From Kofleriaceae bacterium (GTDB lineage: Bacteria; Myxococcota_A; Polyangia; Haliangiales; Haliangiaceae), in NCBI GenBank assembly GCA_965215005.1, contig CBDCCZ010000003.1:1-64000 (forward strand): 64,000 nt of DNA, given 5' to 3'. The notes beneath the pieces were generated by a model that worked only from the letters and a program-made list of their open reading frames with translations, did not search any database and had not been told where the DNA came from. Positions within the stretch are counted from its first letter, which is position 1. The number at the start of each line of letters is the position of its first letter. The position numbers were made by a program, and so were the translations under genes. This document shows, one piece after another, positions 60,588-64,000 of this stretch.

Positions 60588-63500
60588 ATGAGTCGATTCA
60601 AACATTCATGGATGTTCAGCGCGTTCATAGCGCTGAGTGCCTGCGGCGGTGACAGCACCGACACGTCCGCGGACGGGCCAACGTGCGGCGAAGGGACCGT
60701 CGAACGAGACGGGATGTGCGTCGCCGTGGGCGAGCCCGATCCGGGCTCCACCTGCGGCGAAGGTACGGTGGAAGTAGAGGGCGAATGCGTTGCCGCCTCT
60801 GATTCCCCTCCAGCCGTGTCCGGATTCACGGTCACCCAGCTGTCGCTCACGGCCAAAGGACGGCCGATCAACGGCGGAGAAGGAGATCCGGTTCTGGCCG
60901 TCGACCATCCCGTCGAGGTGACCGTGGGAATCCGCTACGAAGGCGACGCCATGGAGCTGCCGCTGGTCATGGCTCTCGGCGAAGCCGCGGGCAGTGGCGA
61001 CGGCACCGGCTTGTGTTTGCTCGGCGGTCTGGCCGTCGACCATCCCGGCACCGGTGAGGTCGTGGCGACCGGTCGTTTCGTGCTTTCGGAAACCTGCCTC
61101 GCCGACAACCAGGAAGGCGACACTGCCGGTGCGGCGGTGTCGTCGCGGACGATGCTGCCGGTGTTGTTCGTCGATCCGGACGACACGCTCGGCATCGTTG
61201 GTGACGTGCCCAAGGGCGTCATCTTCTCCGCCGAGCGGCTCGCCGACGCGCAGGTCGCGTTTCAGGCCCAGGCCGAGGCAATCGCCAATGGCGAGCAGCC
61301 GATGGCGCTCGATCCCGAACACGTATCGCTGCTCGCCTGCCATCGATCGGGGCACCCCGACGGCAGCTGCGGCGTCGAGCTGGCCGTGGAGGAGAGCGAT
61401 GGCATCGACTTCGAGCTGACCGCGATGGCGCTCGAGAGCTCGGTGCTGGTTCTCAACCGCTGCTTCGCAAGCCAAGCCGAGCTCAATGCCTACGCCGCCG
61501 ATCCGGCGCGGGGCGAAACGCTTCCGACCGGCTATATCTGCAACCGGTCGATCGTGCGCGGCTTCGATGACGAAGGCAATCCGCTGCCCAAGGGCAACGA
61601 GAAAGACTTCACCTATGGCGCGGCCGACGTGGACGTGGACGTGACCGTGACCTCGTTTGGTCTCGACGACTCGATCATCGAGAGCGCCGACGAGCTCATG
61701 GCGCTCGGCACCGAGACCGACGACGGCTTCCAGCTCAACGTCGCACCCGAAGACATCTCGAACAACGCGCTCGGCGCCGACGGCTCCTACACCATCCAGT
61801 ACTTCCTGCGGCCGGTGAGCGCGCCGCTTCAGACCGCGCAGGACGCGTCGCTGGCGGCGGCGATCGAGCGCCTCGGTGGCCTCGATACCCTCGAGGGCAA
61901 CGGCACGCTCGCGCGTCTGTATCTGCATGCCGAAGGCGAGCAGGCCAAGGCCGGCGATGAGGCGACGGTGGGCGGTCAAGCGCAGGCCTCGCTCGAGGAG
62001 ACCCTGTCGATTCCGCAGGTGCCGACCGAGTACAGCCACGGCCTCTACGTCGAGAACGACTGCGGTCGCTTCAACGACCCGACCCGTCGCCCTGGCGACT
62101 ACAACCCCGAGGTCCCGGCTTGCAACCCGGCGATCAATCCGCGCGATGCTCTGCTCTACGGCGCGATGAGGGACGCCAACGACTTCGTCGTCCTGGCATG
62201 CGTCACCGGCACCATCGACGCGGCTCTGCCCGGCTCCGATGATCTCGACAACAACTGCGTCGAGCAGCCGCTGCGCGTGCTTCGCGCCGAGACCCGCCGC
62301 TCGTCCTGGGCCGCCGCCTACCCGGAAGCAACCCCGGCGGAGAACCCGTACCGCGACGATCCCGACGCGGCCGCGCCCGGACGCACCCGTGACGAGCTAT
62401 TCGCGGCCGGCGACGCCGACGGCTACGCGGCCAACTACGACTGGAACCAGCGCTTCGGCAATAACGAAATTGGCCTCGATCTCCACGCCCACAGCCGCAA
62501 CGGCGTGAGCCTGCAAGGCGCCGGGTCGGACAACGAAGCCAAGCTCAGCCTCAGCAGCAATACCTTCTCGTTCAGCCTCGAGCTGGTGCGCATGTGGGCC
62601 CAGGCCGACGCGCGCTCGATCGTCATCGGCAGCTTCTACGACTTTGGCCTCAGCTTCTTCGGCGCCAAGCTGTGGGGCGAGCGCCAAGAGGTGCCCGAGT
62701 ACCATCGCGAGTGGGACTGGAACGTCACCAAGGAGTGGGGCAAATCGAAGAGCATCTTCGTCAAGATCGCCTGGGTCGATGTCGGCGTGAAGGTCGCCGG
62801 CCAGTCCGGCGTGCGCCTCAACCTCGACATCATCGGCCGCGAGCTCGAGGACTGCTCGTCGCCGGAGTGCAACGCCCTGCGCCAGCTCTACAGCGAGCAG
62901 GGAACCGACACGGTCGGCGAGGCATCGATCACGCTCACGCCGTACGGCAACATCAACGCGAACATCTTTGCCGCGGTCAGCATCCAGGTCGCACGCGCCG
63001 GTGCCGCCGGCGACCTCACCATCGCCAACCTCGAGCTTCCGGCCCGTGGCGCGCTCACCTTCGGCCTGGTCGGCAGCATTCAGGATCTGCAGAATGCGCG
63101 CTTGCAGCTGGCGGCGTTTGCCAATCTCCAGCTGAACTCGCAATTCTTGAATGGTCGTTTGTATCTGTTCGCCGAAAACCGTTCCATCCACTGGTGCTCG
63201 AGCTGGGGCATTCCCTATCCGTGCGGTCTGAGCTGGAACAAGTTCTGGGACCAGACGATCGCGAGCTGGAACGGCTGGAGCTACAACCAGGTTTTGTGGG
63301 CCTCGCCCACCTTCCACGCTGCGCTCACCCGCAACGGTGTCGAAGGCGGCAGGATCGATCATTTCGCCGGGAACTACCAGCTGCGCGCACTGCACTCCAA
63401 CAAGTGCATGGACTCCTACAGCGACGGCAACACCAAGCAGTGGGGCTGCGTCGGTGCTCCGCACCACGTATGGCGTTTCGAGGACATGGGTGACGGTTCC

Positions 63501-63773
63501 TACCGGATCATCAACAACCAGTACAACAAGTGCCTCGATGTGGCCGGTGCGGGTACCCACAACGGTGCCAACGTTATCACCTGGAGTTGCCACAACGGCG
63601 CCAATCAGCGCTTCCGACTCCTCTCGCGCGGCGGCAGCGACTATGCGCTCCAGAACGTTCATAGCGGTCGGTGTGTAGAAGTTGGCGGTTACCGTCATGA
63701 AGACAACGCCAACATGAACCAGTGGGACTGTCATTACGGTCCGAACCAGATCTGGCGGTTGTTTCGCCAGTAG
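60588..63773 (+). CDS. Large lipoprotein with acidic N-region, amphipathic beta-strand region and C-terminal ricin-type beta-trefoil lectin
   Basis: Lipobox LSAC; two TCGEGTVE..G.CV repeats; ricin repeats NKCMD..QWGC, NKCLDV..NQRF, GRCVEV..QWDC..NQIW. Confidence 0.85.
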   Translation: MSRFKHSWMFSAFIALSACGGDSTDTSADGPTCGEGTVERDGMCVAVGEPDPGSTCGEGTVEVEGECVAASDSPPAVSGFTVTQLSLTAKGRPINGGEGDPVLAVDHPVEVTVGIRYEGDAMELPLVMALGEAAGSGDGTGLCLLGGLAVDHPGTGEVVATGRFVLSETCLADNQEGDTAGAAVSSRTMLPVLFVDPDDTLGIVGDVPKGVIFSAERLADAQVAFQAQAEAIANGEQPMALDPEHVSLLACHRSGHPDGSCGVELAVEESDGIDFELTAMALESSVLVLNRCFASQAELNAYAADPARGETLPTGYICNRSIVRGFDDEGNPLPKGNEKDFTYGAADVDVDVTVTSFGLDDSIIESADELMALGTETDDGFQLNVAPEDISNNALGADGSYTIQYFLRPVSAPLQTAQDASLAAAIERLGGLDTLEGNGTLARLYLHAEGEQAKAGDEATVGGQAQASLEETLSIPQVPTEYSHGLYVENDCGRFNDPTRRPGDYNPEVPACNPAINPRDALLYGAMRDANDFVVLACVTGTIDAALPGSDDLDNNCVEQPLRVLRAETRRSSWAAAYPEATPAENPYRDDPDAAAPGRTRDELFAAGDADGYAANYDWNQRFGNNEIGLDLHAHSRNGVSLQGAGSDNEAKLSLSSNTFSFSLELVRMWAQADARSIVIGSFYDFGLSFFGAKLWGERQEVPEYHREWDWNVTKEWGKSKSIFVKIAWVDVGVKVAGQSGVRLNLDIIGRELEDCSSPECNALRQLYSEQGTDTVGEASITLTPYGNINANIFAAVSIQVARAGAAGDLTIANLELPARGALTFGLVGSIQDLQNARLQLAAFANLQLNSQFLNGRLYLFAENRSIHWCSSWGIPYPCGLSWNKFWDQTIASWNGWSYNQVLWASPTFHAALTRNGVEGGRIDHFAGNYQLRALHSNKCMDSYSDGNTKQWGCVGAPHHVWRFEDMGDGSYRIINNQYNKCLDVAGAGTHNGANVITWSCHNGANQRFRLLSRGGSDYALQNVHSGRCVEVGGYRHEDNANMNQWDCHYGPNQIWRLFRQ

Positions 63774-63838
63774 CTCGGCCGTGACTCGTTAGACGATGTC
63801 CCGGGTGCGGCATGTGCCCGGGCATCGGTGCTCATCAG

Positions 63839-63882
63839 AGGGCCGCTCGGATGTTCTGTCCGAGCGGCCCTTCCGTATTTTT
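63839..63882 (+). terminator. Intrinsic terminator after the lectin lipoprotein
   Basis: 13-bp perfect stem AGGGCCGCTCGGA / TCCGAGCGGCCCT followed by TCCGTATTTTT. Confidence 0.75.
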
Positions 63883-64000
63883 AGCGCCGATCCAAGGAGA
63901 CTCCGTGAACTTGCGCAACGGCCCGGCGTTTCCATCCAACGCCGCAATCGTCACCTCAGTCGCCCGCGCTGGAGCCCGCGTCGCTGGGCTCGCGTTCTTG

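Noticed and set aside
40304..64000. Prophage, integrase or transposase
   Set aside because: No recombinase, transposase or phage structural motifs recognised in any frame provided

Overview
GC-rich bacterial chromosomal segment, most likely Myxococcota (inference from a MYXO-CTERM motif, cysteine-rich lipoproteins, Ser/Thr kinase-TPR proteins and the tmRNA tag ANDNAVALAA). Bases 1-40,300 are mostly core genes: FHA-GGDEF cyclase, lytic transglycosylase, sixA, dnaJ, glnE, ilvE, manC, a frameshifted phosphomannomutase, a ROK kinase, an atypical Hsp70/J-protein pair, a PilZ protein, pilD, proBA, rsfS, rlmH, phoX-HEAT-tatA, smpB, comF, an osmoprotectant ABC transporter and ssrA. After ssrA the window looks accessory: a broken kinase-ATPase, an intact kinase-TPR, a phosphotransferase, a repeat protein, a methyltransferase and several large secreted proteins. 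The best candidates for undescribed biology are four. (1) A divergent three-gene secreted module: a 2,000-aa clostripain-family lipoprotein, a beta-sheet/HEAT protein resembling a vitellogenin-type N-terminal module, and a lipoprotein with an amphipathic beta region and a ricin lectin. (2) A single ORF joining a MYXO-CTERM Ig-repeat adhesin to a TraB-like barrel/TSP3/OmpA protein through a second, internal signal peptide. (3) A signal-peptide ORF ending in a RAPP arrest motif just upstream of ssrA. (4) A toxin-antitoxin locus whose toxin appears internally deleted in frame. All family assignments come from motif recognition by eye; no database searches were run.
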